From positions 1 to 49,826 of the forward strand of contig JAYUSX010000439.1 of the NCBI GenBank assembly GCA_043755475.1: DNA of 49,826 nt, read 5' to 3'. The stretch's first letter is position 1. Each line of letters begins with the position of its first letter. This document shows, one piece after another, positions 26,552 to 35,102 of the stretch. Source of the DNA: Actinomycetota bacterium. GTDB taxonomy: Bacteria > Actinomycetota > Acidimicrobiia > Acidimicrobiales > Ilumatobacteraceae. Under the pieces are notes generated by a model, which did not search any database, was not told where the DNA came from, and saw only the letters and a list, made by a program, of their open reading frames with translations. Position numbers and translations under genes: made by a program.

Positions 26552-28792
26552 ATGAGCGATGGTCAGGCGCGTCGGCTGGGTCGCACCATGGTGGAGAGCG
26601 ATCCGTTCTGGGATCTGGAGCCGACGCCCCCGGCGGGCACCCCCAACGTCATCTACTGCGTGTTCGACGACGTCGGGTACTCCGACTTCGGCTGCTACGG
26701 CTCCGAGATCGCGACACCGAACATCGATGGTCTCGCGGCCGGCGGCCTCCGATACACGAACTTCCACACCACCTCGCTCTGCTCGCCGACCCGAGCTTCG
26801 TTGCTCACCGGCCGCAACCATCACGCCGTCGGCATGGGCACGTTGGCGAACTACGACCTCGGCTTCGACGGCTACCGAGGCGCCATCTCACGCGAGGCGG
26901 CAATGCTGCCGGAGATCTTGCGCGAGCAGGGTTGGAACAGCTTCGCCGTGGGCAAGTGGCACCTGACGCCGATGCATCACACGGGTCCTGCGGGCCCGTT
27001 CTACCAATGGCCGACCCAACGTGGCTTCGACCGCTTCTACGGGTTCATGGACGGGGCGATGAACCACTGGGAGCCCTTCCTCACCGAGGACAACCACCAC
27101 ATCCCCACTCCCGACACGCCGGGCTACCACCTCACCACCGACTTGATGGATCGGGCGATCCGGCTCGTTCGCGATCAACGGTCGGTGGCACCCGAGAAGC
27201 CGTTCTTCCTGTACCTCGCCTTTGGCGCCGGCCATTCGCCGCACCACGTCCCGAGGGAGATGATCGACGCGTACGTGCCGGTGTTCGAGCAGGGGTGGGA
27301 CGTCACCCGTCGCGACCGTCTCGAGCGACAGAAGTCGCTCGGTCTCGTCCCGCAGACGACGGAGCTGCCGCCGCGCAACCCGGGCGTGCCCGTGTGGGAC
27401 GAGCTGTCCGAGCGCGAACAGCGTCTGTTCGTCCGATTCCAGGCGGCGTTCGCAGCGATGGTCACGCACTCCGATCGCGAGATCGGCCGCATGATCCAGA
27501 TGCTCGAAGCGGTCGGCGCGCTCAGCAACACGGTCTTCGTGGTGATGAGCGACAACGGCGCATCGCAGGAGGGCAGTCACGCAGGCACCCTGCACCAGGG
27601 CCGCTACTTCGAGCGGGCGCCGATGACGCTCGACCAGTCGATCGACTTGATCGACGAGATCGGCGAGACGCAGTGGTTCAACAACTACCCGCTCGGCTGG
27701 GCGATGGCCGGCAACACGCCGTGCAAGTTCTACAAGCAGAACACCCACGGCGGCGGCGTGCGCGACCCGCTCGTGATCCACTGGCCGGCAGGGCTGCCGT
27801 CCGCAGCGGCGGGCACGATGCGGCACCAGTTCCACCACGTGAGCGACCTCACGCCGACGGTGCTCGACATGGTCGGTGCGGTGCTGCCGCCCACCGTGAA
27901 CGGCATCGCCCAGATGCCGCTGCACGGCACACCGATGACCTACACGTTCGCCGCACCCGAGGCGCCGACGCGCAAACCGGTGCAGCACTTCGAGATGCTC
28001 GGCCATCGCGGGATCGTGGCCGACGGCTGGAAGGCCGTCACCATGCACGATGCGCGCTCGTCGCTCGACGAGGACCGCTGGGAGCTGTACCACCTCGACG
28101 AGGACTTCTCCGAGACGGTCGATCTCGCCGAGCAGCATCCCGAGGTGCTGGCGGCGCTCGTCGATCGTTGGTGGGAGGAGGCGGCCAAGTACAACGTGCT
28201 GCCGGTCGACGACCGGGCCGGCGGCGGCATGCGCAAGCGGCGGCCGGTGCGCACGTCGTGGACATTGTGGCCGGGGCTCGAACGCGTGCCATCGGATGCT
28301 GCGCCGCGACTGCAGAACACCAGCCACACGATCTCGGCGTACATCACCGTGCCTGCCGGTGGGTGCGCGGGTGCGCTGATCACCGATGGCGATCGTTGGG
28401 GCGGCTACGCGATGTTCGTGCAGGACGGCAAGCCCTGCTTCCACTACCACTTCCCTCTGGAGCGACACGAGATCCGTGGTGCGGACGCGTTGACCCCTGG
28501 GGATCACACCATCACGTGGACGCTCACCAAGATCGACCGCGCCAGTGGGTACGGCGACCTGTGGGTCGACGGTGTGAGCGTCGGATCCGTCGAGATTCCG
28601 CGGATCATCCGCGGCTGGATGCCCTTCGGGGGCATGAACGTCGGCTGTGACAACACTGCACCGGTCGGCACGACATACGAGTCACCGTTCCCCTTCACCG
28701 GTGTGCTGCACCGCGTCGAGGTAGAGCTCCTCGGCGACGACCCCGGCCCCGACCGCACATCCGAGCACCGTTCCGAGATGGGCAAGCAGTGA
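26552..28792 (+). CDS. Arylsulfatase (formylglycine-dependent, AtsA-like, with C-terminal extra domain)
   Basis: ATG 26552. Sulfatase signature LCSPTRASLLTGRNHH (CxPxR). No signal peptide seen. Confidence 0.9.
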   Translation: MSDGQARRLGRTMVESDPFWDLEPTPPAGTPNVIYCVFDDVGYSDFGCYGSEIATPNIDGLAAGGLRYTNFHTTSLCSPTRASLLTGRNHHAVGMGTLANYDLGFDGYRGAISREAAMLPEILREQGWNSFAVGKWHLTPMHHTGPAGPFYQWPTQRGFDRFYGFMDGAMNHWEPFLTEDNHHIPTPDTPGYHLTTDLMDRAIRLVRDQRSVAPEKPFFLYLAFGAGHSPHHVPREMIDAYVPVFEQGWDVTRRDRLERQKSLGLVPQTTELPPRNPGVPVWDELSEREQRLFVRFQAAFAAMVTHSDREIGRMIQMLEAVGALSNTVFVVMSDNGASQEGSHAGTLHQGRYFERAPMTLDQSIDLIDEIGETQWFNNYPLGWAMAGNTPCKFYKQNTHGGGVRDPLVIHWPAGLPSAAAGTMRHQFHHVSDLTPTVLDMVGAVLPPTVNGIAQMPLHGTPMTYTFAAPEAPTRKPVQHFEMLGHRGIVADGWKAVTMHDARSSLDEDRWELYHLDEDFSETVDLAEQHPEVLAALVDRWWEEAAKYNVLPVDDRAGGGMRKRRPVRTSWTLWPGLERVPSDAAPRLQNTSHTISAYITVPAGGCAGALITDGDRWGGYAMFVQDGKPCFHYHFPLERHEIRGADALTPGDHTITWTLTKIDRASGYGDLWVDGVSVGSVEIPRIIRGWMPFGGMNVGCDNTAPVGTTYESPFPFTGVLHRVEVELLGDDPGPDRTSEHRSEMGKQ

Positions 28793-28819
28793 CCACTCGC
28801 CCACGGCCCCTCGCATCGT

Positions 28820-29587
28820 TCAGGGTGTGCCGCTGACCACCAGCACCTGACCGGTCACCCACGAGGCGCCGTCGGACACGAGGTACACCGCCGCCGCGGC
28901 GTAGTCCTCGTCGCGGCCGAGGCGACCGAGCGGCTGCTTGGAGGCGAGCTTCTCGAACTTGGCGTCGTCGAAGCCGGAGGCCCGGTAGTAGTCGGCCGTC
29001 GCTGTGTGACCGGGAGCGATCGCGTTCACCCGGATGCGGCGCGGCGCGCACTCGAGCGCGAGCGTCTGGGTGAGGTGGTTCACCGCAGTCTTCGCCGCGG
29101 AGTACACCCCATGCCCCGGTGATCCCTTGGTGAGCCCGCCCGTTGACGACACGTTGATGATCGACCCGCCGTCAGTCAGCACGCGTTGCGCGGCCACGCT
29201 GGCCAGCCACACCGACATCAGGTTGCGATCCATGATCGTGTGCCAGGACTCCTCGGTCACGGTGGTGAGATTCCCCATCGGTTCGCCCTGCAGGCCGCCT
29301 GCATTGTTGACCCAGATCGAGATCGGGCCGAGCTCGTCGGTCGCTCGCCGGCCGAGGCGGGCGAGGTCATCGGCGCTCGTGACATCAGTGGGGATGGCGA
29401 CGGCGCGGCGACCGGACGCGATGATCTCGTCCGCCACGGCACGTAGCGGTTCGAACCGCCGACCTGCCAACGCCACGTCGGCGCCGGCGCCCGCAAGACC
29501 GAGTGCGATGCCGCGTCCGATCCCCGTGCCACCTCCTGTGACCACGGCGACGCGCCCATCCAGTCGAAACAGCTCCAGAACGTTCAC
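28820..29587 (-). CDS. SDR family oxidoreductase
   Basis: TGGGTGIGRG cofactor motif and YSAAK catalytic motif. Confidence 0.9.
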   Translation of the reverse strand: MNVLELFRLDGRVAVVTGGGTGIGRGIALGLAGAGADVALAGRRFEPLRAVADEIIASGRRAVAIPTDVTSADDLARLGRRATDELGPISIWVNNAGGLQGEPMGNLTTVTEESWHTIMDRNLMSVWLASVAAQRVLTDGGSIINVSSTGGLTKGSPGHGVYSAAKTAVNHLTQTLALECAPRRIRVNAIAPGHTATADYYRASGFDDAKFEKLASKQPLGRLGRDEDYAAAAVYLVSDGASWVTGQVLVVSGTP

Positions 29588-29686
29588 GAGCCGAGTGTGT
29601 CACGAGGCGTCTCGTCCCGCCGGATCGGTCTCGAACCCGTCACAGCGGCCGGAGTGCGAGCCGTTGCGCTCCGGTCGTGTCGTCGC

Positions 29687-31132
29687 TCAGCCCCAGGAGC
29701 CGGTTGCCCAGCTGGAGCCGGACCACAACGTGCCCGACCACGACGACCCGGACCACGACGACCCGGACCAGCTCGAGCCGTTCCACATCCCACCGGACCA
29801 GCTGGATCCGGCGGTGCCGGGCAGAAACGGCCGCCCGAAGATGTCGACTTCGCCTGAGAGAGCAACGCCGTCACGGATGATGCGGTCGTTTCCTCGGGCG
29901 GCTTCCACGCTGCCGGTGCCCGTCGAGGCCGGGTAGATCTGTGGCTGGGTTGCGGCGGGTGTGATGGTCGCCAGCGACCGGAAGTCGATGGCACCTCTGC
30001 CCTGGGTGTTGGCGTGGACGTTGGCGATCTGGTCGGCCGTACTCCTCATGAATCGCTTCACCTGATCCGGGAGCATCGAGGGGTACTTCTGGAGCAGCAA
30101 CGCGACCGCACCGGAGGTGACTGCAGCGGCCTGGGAGGTGCCACTGCCACGGAAGAACCGCGAGCCGAGGACACCCTCGGCGTGACGGCTGTCGAGGAAC
30201 GAGTTCGACACCCTCAGACCCTGGAGACGGGAGCCGGCGGCGATGACGTCGGGCTTGCGGTCCGTGATGCTGGTCGAGCTGGCCGAGTACGTCCCGATCA
30301 CGTCGTCGAGGGTGGTGGCGGTGCCTTTGGTGTCGAACCCGCCGACGGCGATGATCGACGGATTGAACGCCGGGTTCGCGAGGCCGGGCGCTCCCGCACC
30401 CTGCTGGAAGCCGGAGTTCCCGGCGGCGGCGACCACGACGATGCCCGCCTTCCAGGCCCGCTCGACAGCGAACGACAGCGGGTCGATCAGCGACGACTGG
30501 GTCGAGTTCGTCCCGTAGGAGATGTTGAGGACCCGGATGTTCATCCCATTGTCGGTCTTGTGGTCGACCACCCAGTTGATGGCCGCGATCATCTGCGTCA
30601 CATCGACACCGCCATCGGCGGTCGCGACCTTGATCGACACGATCCGGGCGTCCGGCGCGATCCCACGGTACGTGGATGCAGGTGCGTTCTTGTACGGGGC
30701 CGTCAGCGTCGAGTCCTTGCCCGCGATCAGACCGGCCATGAACGTCCCGTGGCCATTGGTATCGCGCTGGGCGAAGTTCGGCGACTGCGACTCCAACGAC
30801 AGATCGGGTCCGTAGATGATCTTGCCCGGCGTTGCCAGCCCTTCGACCGGCACGACCCCGGTGTCGATCACAGCAACATCGATCCCGGCGCCGGTGTAGC
30901 CCTGGTCCCAGAACGCGGTAACGCCCGAGATCGCGGTCAACGACTTCATCGAGTACCCATCGGTCGCCGGGTCGTACGCTGCGGCGGCAACAGGTGTCGC
31001 GCCGAGCGCCGGCACAGCGGTCGCACACAACACGAGCGCCGCTGCAGATTTCGCCGCGAGTGACCGCAGACCCCGAGCAGAGGTCCTGCCCCACGAAGCC
31101 CCTCGCATGACCTTGTTTGTGATCCGTGCCAT
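29687..31132 (-). CDS. Secreted S8 (subtilisin-like) serine peptidase with C-terminal Trp-rich SSWSG repeat tail
   Basis: Catalytic triad contexts VIDTGV, HGTFMAG and GTSQAAA. Signal peptide. C-terminus SSWSGGMWNGSSWSGSSWSGSSWSGTLWSGSSWATGSWG. Start is ATG 31132 or 31108. Confidence 0.9.
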   Translation of the reverse strand: MARITNKVMRGASWGRTSARGLRSLAAKSAAALVLCATAVPALGATPVAAAAYDPATDGYSMKSLTAISGVTAFWDQGYTGAGIDVAVIDTGVVPVEGLATPGKIIYGPDLSLESQSPNFAQRDTNGHGTFMAGLIAGKDSTLTAPYKNAPASTYRGIAPDARIVSIKVATADGGVDVTQMIAAINWVVDHKTDNGMNIRVLNISYGTNSTQSSLIDPLSFAVERAWKAGIVVVAAAGNSGFQQGAGAPGLANPAFNPSIIAVGGFDTKGTATTLDDVIGTYSASSTSITDRKPDVIAAGSRLQGLRVSNSFLDSRHAEGVLGSRFFRGSGTSQAAAVTSGAVALLLQKYPSMLPDQVKRFMRSTADQIANVHANTQGRGAIDFRSLATITPAATQPQIYPASTGTGSVEAARGNDRIIRDGVALSGEVDIFGRPFLPGTAGSSWSGGMWNGSSWSGSSWSGSSWSGTLWSGSSWATGSWG

Positions 31133-31416
31133 CAGTTCGCGCCTCTTCCGTGATCCCGTCGACCCGCCCTGGTGTGCGGAGCGGCAGGAGGCATTCAAGA
31201 ACACCACGTCAGAAAAGGCCACAGCTCGGAGCGAACCTTGCGCAACCTGTGAGGTTCTTGACCCGGCCCACACAAACCACCCACCGACGGTCCGCCCGAG
31301 CCGACGAGATCCCACGCAGCGAGACCACCTGCGCTCCTCTCGACGGGTGTCACCCGACGGGCCTGCTGGCCTCGAACCGGGTGTCGTGCATCAGTTGCGC
31401 ATCGGCGATCCGGTGC

Positions 31417-32049
31417 TCACGAACTGGCGTCGGTGAGCATCTCGTCGAGCGTCGCTTCGTCGACGGCGCCCAACATCACGTTTGCCGCACCATCGGGGCC
31501 GACGACGACGAGCGCCGGTTGGCCGGGCACGCCGAACCGCTGGAACACCTCGCCGGGATCGTCGCTGATCTGCGGGAACGTCAGGCCGTGCTTGTCGATG
31601 AACCCCTGGAAGGACTCCTCGTCACCCGTCCACGCGACGCCGATGAAGTCCACTGTGCCGGCCCACCTCTGTGCTGCGCCCTCGACCGAAGGCGCTTCTC
31701 GATTGCACGTGCTTCAAGTGGGCGCCCAGAACCAGAAGGCGGTCGTCCGTCCCGCCGCAGCCGCGCCGCTGAACTCGCCACCTCCGACGAGGGGAGCCGT
31801 GAAGTTCAACAGCTCCGGAACAGCGGCAGGCGCCGCTGATGTGGCGGCCGGTTGCCCCGGCGCCGCAGTGCCGGCCACCTGATCCGGCGTCGTCGAGCCC
31901 GACACCTCGGGCACGGGAGCGGGCGCTGTCGCCGCTGCTGGCGAGTCGGCCTGGGCATCGACGGTCGATTCGCTGGACGACCCACACGAAGCGAGGAGCG
32001 AAATCGACGCCACGAGGGCGAGACCGCACATGACACGACGGTTCCTCAT
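31417..32049 (-). CDS. TlpA/ResA-like thioredoxin-fold lipoprotein interrupted by a single in-frame TGA (31714-31716) at the first Cys of CxxC: candidate selenoprotein (UxxC) or nonsense pseudogene
   Basis: ORFs 31714..32067 and 31417..31653 share one frame. Read-through gives FWFWAPT-TGA-STCNREAP... followed by a typical Trx-fold C-terminal half. Lipobox LLASC. Confidence 0.6.
31676..31695 (-). promoter_or_regulatory. SECIS-like hairpin 19-38 nt downstream of the in-frame UGA
   Basis: In the mRNA sense: GCGCCUUC-GGUC-GAGGGCGC, an 8 bp stem including one G.U, closed by a GGUC tetraloop as in the E. coli fdhF SECIS apex. Confidence 0.45.
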
Positions 32050-32120
32050 TCGAACAGGTTCACACACTCAGGCGCCCGACGACCTGCACGAGGCAAGAGT
32101 TTCGCGATCGTTTCGATCTT

Positions 32121-32228
32121 CACAGCTGGAACTCCACAGCCAGAACTCCACAGCCAGAACTCGACAGAACTCGACAGCCAGAACTCGACAGCTGGAACTC
32201 CACAGCTGGAACCCCTGAGCTGGAACTC
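32121..32228. repeat. Array of eight tandem 14-bp units (CACAGCTGGAACTC / CACAGCCAGAACTC variants, one 10-bp unit) in a divergent intergenic region
   Basis: Unit boundaries were counted directly: 32121, 32135, 32149, 32163, 32173, 32187, 32201, 32215. Confidence 0.85.
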
Positions 32229-32277
32229 GCAGGACGAAACCGACATAGCCTGCGAGCAACGAACCGAGGAGTGCGGG

Positions 32278-33228
32278 GTGAACGTGCGATTGGCGAGGCG
32301 ACGGCCGTGGGTGATCGCGGGTGCGATCGCGGCGACGATCGCATTGGCGGTGTCCGCATGGATGGTGCGTCGCGCCGACACGACCGTGGCCCGGGCACCG
32401 ATTCCTCCGCGTCAGGTCGTCGACGGGGCGAACCCGTTCCGCACGGGTCGCACGCTGGTGATCCCCCACGGTGGAGGCGACGGTCTCTTCCCCGAGAACA
32501 CCATGTTCGCGTTCGACCAGACGATGGCCATGGGGGCCGACGTGGTCGACGTCGACCTGCGGATCAACGCCGATGGGGTGGTGATCGCCTTCCACGACTC
32601 GACGGTCGATCGCATCACCGGCGCGACCGGCAGCGTGAAGGGGTTGACCGCTGCGGAGCTGGCAACGCTAGATGCCGGGTGGGGTTTCTCGCCAGAAGAC
32701 GATGGCGGCGACCATCCGTATCGGGGTCAGGGCCTGACCATCCCGACCCTCGAGTCGATCCTCGACCGGTTCCCGACCACGTTGCTGTCGCTCGATCTGA
32801 AGGACGAGTCGCTCGACATGGTGCAGCCCGTGTGCGACCTCCTGCGTGACCACGCGCGATACGACGACGTGTTCGTCGGGTCGAACAGCGATCCGCAGAT
32901 CATCGAGTTCCGCGCCTCGTGTCCCGGCGTCCGCACGAGCGCGATCATGAACGACGTGTACGCGTCTCGCGATGCTCGAGCCGCGGGGGACACCGACTTC
33001 GTCCCTGCCGTGACCGTCGACCAGCCGCCGTTCCGCATCGACGGCCGCGAGTTGGTCGACCCGGAGTCGCTCGCCTGGGCTCACGATCACGGGGTGGCGA
33101 TCCTGACGGGGGTGGTGAACGACGAAGACGACATGCGCCACCTGATCGAGCTCGGCGTCGACGGCATCTACACCTCGTACCCCGATCGGCTGCTGCGACT
33201 GCTCGGCCGCTGCTCGTCGGCCTGCTGA
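32278..33228 (+). CDS. Glycerophosphodiester phosphodiesterase family protein with N-terminal TM anchor
   Basis: GTG 32278 preceded by GAGGAG. GDPD signature PHGGGDGLFPENTMFAF...DVDLRINADGVVIAFHD. Confidence 0.85.
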   Translation: MNVRLARRRPWVIAGAIAATIALAVSAWMVRRADTTVARAPIPPRQVVDGANPFRTGRTLVIPHGGGDGLFPENTMFAFDQTMAMGADVVDVDLRINADGVVIAFHDSTVDRITGATGSVKGLTAAELATLDAGWGFSPEDDGGDHPYRGQGLTIPTLESILDRFPTTLLSLDLKDESLDMVQPVCDLLRDHARYDDVFVGSNSDPQIIEFRASCPGVRTSAIMNDVYASRDARAAGDTDFVPAVTVDQPPFRIDGRELVDPESLAWAHDHGVAILTGVVNDEDDMRHLIELGVDGIYTSYPDRLLRLLGRCSSAC

Positions 33229-33244
33229 ACGTGGTCGAAACGGT

Positions 33245-33772
33245 TCAGCCGACACTCGGCGCGGCGACCGGTCGGCCATCGACGACCACCGGGAACTGAC
33301 GAACGGGGTCATCGGCGGCCGCGGTCGCCGTCGGTGGCCCGCTGGTGTCGCCCCTCAGTATCCGAGCGCCGTCGGGCGCGTACTGCAAGATGTACGCCTT
33401 TCGGACGGAATCGGCGGTGTTCGGGCCGGTGAGGTGGGGCGACAGCGACGAGAACACCACGATGCCACCCTTGCGCACCGGCGCCGGAACGGCGTCGGGG
33501 TGGTTCTCGAAGATCTCCCAGCCGAGCGGGTCGTTGTAGTGGTGCAGCAGCGTGCCCATGCGATGGAGCCCCGGCACCACGTGCGGGCAACCGTTGTCGA
33601 GCGTTGCGTCGGTGAGCGCGACCCAGCACGTGAGGTACTGCTGCGGCTCGACGAACGTGTACCCGTTGTCCTGGTGCCACGGGAATCGGCGCGGTTTCTC
33701 GGGCTTCTTGTACACCGCCTGGTGGGCGCGCCAGTTCCGCAACGTCGGGATGACGACGACCACGATCTCCAC
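33245..33772 (-). pseudogene. N-terminally truncated phytanoyl-CoA dioxygenase (PhyH) family Fe(II)/2OG oxygenase remnant
   Basis: PWHQDNGY (HxD) occurs about 33 residues from the first possible start, whereas this family normally has about 100 residues upstream of it. An in-frame TGA lies at about 33797, and the neighbouring gene ends at 33847. Confidence 0.5.
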
Positions 33773-33846
33773 CTTCGCCGAACGCCACTCGGCGTATCAC
33801 TGGCTGGCGGGGTTGTCCTCATCGCCCGTGCACCACGGGACGGGAC

Positions 33847-34995
33847 TCAGCTCAACCTGGGTTGTTGTTGCGTGGCGCAGTGGATGCCACCGCCGCCAGC
33901 GGCAAGCGCGTCGATGTCGAGCATCACGATCTCGCGGTCGGGGAACAGCTGGGCCAACACCGCTCGGGCTGCCTCGTCTGCAGCCCCGTCCCCGAACTCG
34001 GGCGCGATGACGGCGCCATTGCACACGTAGTAGTTCATGTAGGTGGACAGGAAGTCGTTGCCAGTCCAGCGGACGTCCATCGGTTGCGTCATCTCGACGA
34101 TGTCGTACGGCTGGCCGTCGATGGTGGTCGCTGCGGTCACGATCGACTTCGTCCTCGCCGCGACGGCGACCCATGGGTCGGCAGGGTCGTCGAAGGCGGG
34201 CGTGTCGACCACGATCGTGGAGGGATCGGCGAACCGGGCGAGGGTGTCGATGTGGCGGTCGGTGATGTCGGCGCCGGCCAGCCCGTCCACCCAGATCATC
34301 CGGTCGGCGCCGAGCATGTCCAGGATCGCAGCCTCGATGTCGCCGCGGGTCATGCCCGGGTTGCGGTTGTCGTTCACCCAGCAACTCTCGGCCAACAGCA
34401 CCGTGCCGCGGCCATCGACCTCGACGGCTCCGATTTCGCCGACCAGTCCGAACGCGAGCAGCGGGACGCCGAGCTGATCGGCGACCAAGGCGGCGAGCTG
34501 CGTATCACCGTCGTGGACCTGCTTGCCGCCCCAACCGTTGAACGTTGCATGTGCGGCCGCCATTTCGAGCGCCCCTGCCTCATTGGAACGCACGACGAAG
34601 TTGGGCAGGGTGTCGCGCGCCCACAGGTCGTCGACCGGAGCTTCGAGCACCTCGACACCGAACTCGAGGATCTCTCCGAGCGCCTCGATCTCCTCTGGCC
34701 TGGCGAGCATGGTCACCGGCTCGAAACGAGCGATCGCCGTGGCGATGCGGATGATCGCATCCTGGACGTCGACGAGATCGGGACCCCAGATCTGCTCGCT
34801 CGACGGCCAGCACATCCAGGTCTGCTGGTGTGGTTCCTCCTCGGCGGGCATCGACCACTGGTCCGCGCGCCCCGGATCGCTGACCGTCGCACGTGTCGCC
34901 TGGCCGGACGCGCCATTGGAGGTGCCAGTGGAGGTGCCGGCGGGGTCGGCCTCGCCGCAGCCGACCAGCAGCCCGCTGGCGACGAACAGCGGCAC
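33847..34995 (-). CDS. Exported agmatine deiminase / Porphyromonas-type peptidyl-arginine deiminase family lipoprotein
   Basis: WMCWP, DLWARDT and GGGGIHCATQQQP (catalytic Cys). N-terminus has lipobox LLVGC. A Tat-type signal (MSSLSRREFLVGV, ATG 35045) lies just upstream in another frame. Confidence 0.85.
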   Translation of the reverse strand: MPLFVASGLLVGCGEADPAGTSTGTSNGASGQATRATVSDPGRADQWSMPAEEEPHQQTWMCWPSSEQIWGPDLVDVQDAIIRIATAIARFEPVTMLARPEEIEALGEILEFGVEVLEAPVDDLWARDTLPNFVVRSNEAGALEMAAAHATFNGWGGKQVHDGDTQLAALVADQLGVPLLAFGLVGEIGAVEVDGRGTVLLAESCWVNDNRNPGMTRGDIEAAILDMLGADRMIWVDGLAGADITDRHIDTLARFADPSTIVVDTPAFDDPADPWVAVAARTKSIVTAATTIDGQPYDIVEMTQPMDVRWTGNDFLSTYMNYYVCNGAVIAPEFGDGAADEAARAVLAQLFPDREIVMLDIDALAAGGGGIHCATQQQPRLS

Positions 34996-35102
34996 GGCGA
35001 CCGAGGGACGCCGACGAGGAACTCACGGCGGGACAACGAACTCATGACGTGCCAACCCTTCGGCGCCTTGACTGAAAATTCAGTCAGTGGCACGATACCC
35101 CC

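Noticed and set aside
29649-29674. Hairpin CCGGAG...CTCCGG downstream of the S8 protease gene as a terminator.
   Set aside because: The extended 11-bp stem relies on G.U pairs that exist only in the plus-strand RNA. On the relevant minus-strand transcript these become A.C mismatches, leaving only about 6 bp.
31417-32067. Annotating 31714..32067 and 31417..31653 as two independent small genes.
   Set aside because: They are in the same frame, separated by a single TGA, and together reconstitute one thioredoxin-fold protein. The downstream piece has no RBS or sensible N-terminus. The locus is better explained as Sec read-through or a nonsense pseudogene.
32121-32228. Possible CRISPR array.
   Set aside because: The units are 14 bp and directly abutting, with no unique spacers, and there are no cas genes in the window. 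It is a simple tandem repeat.
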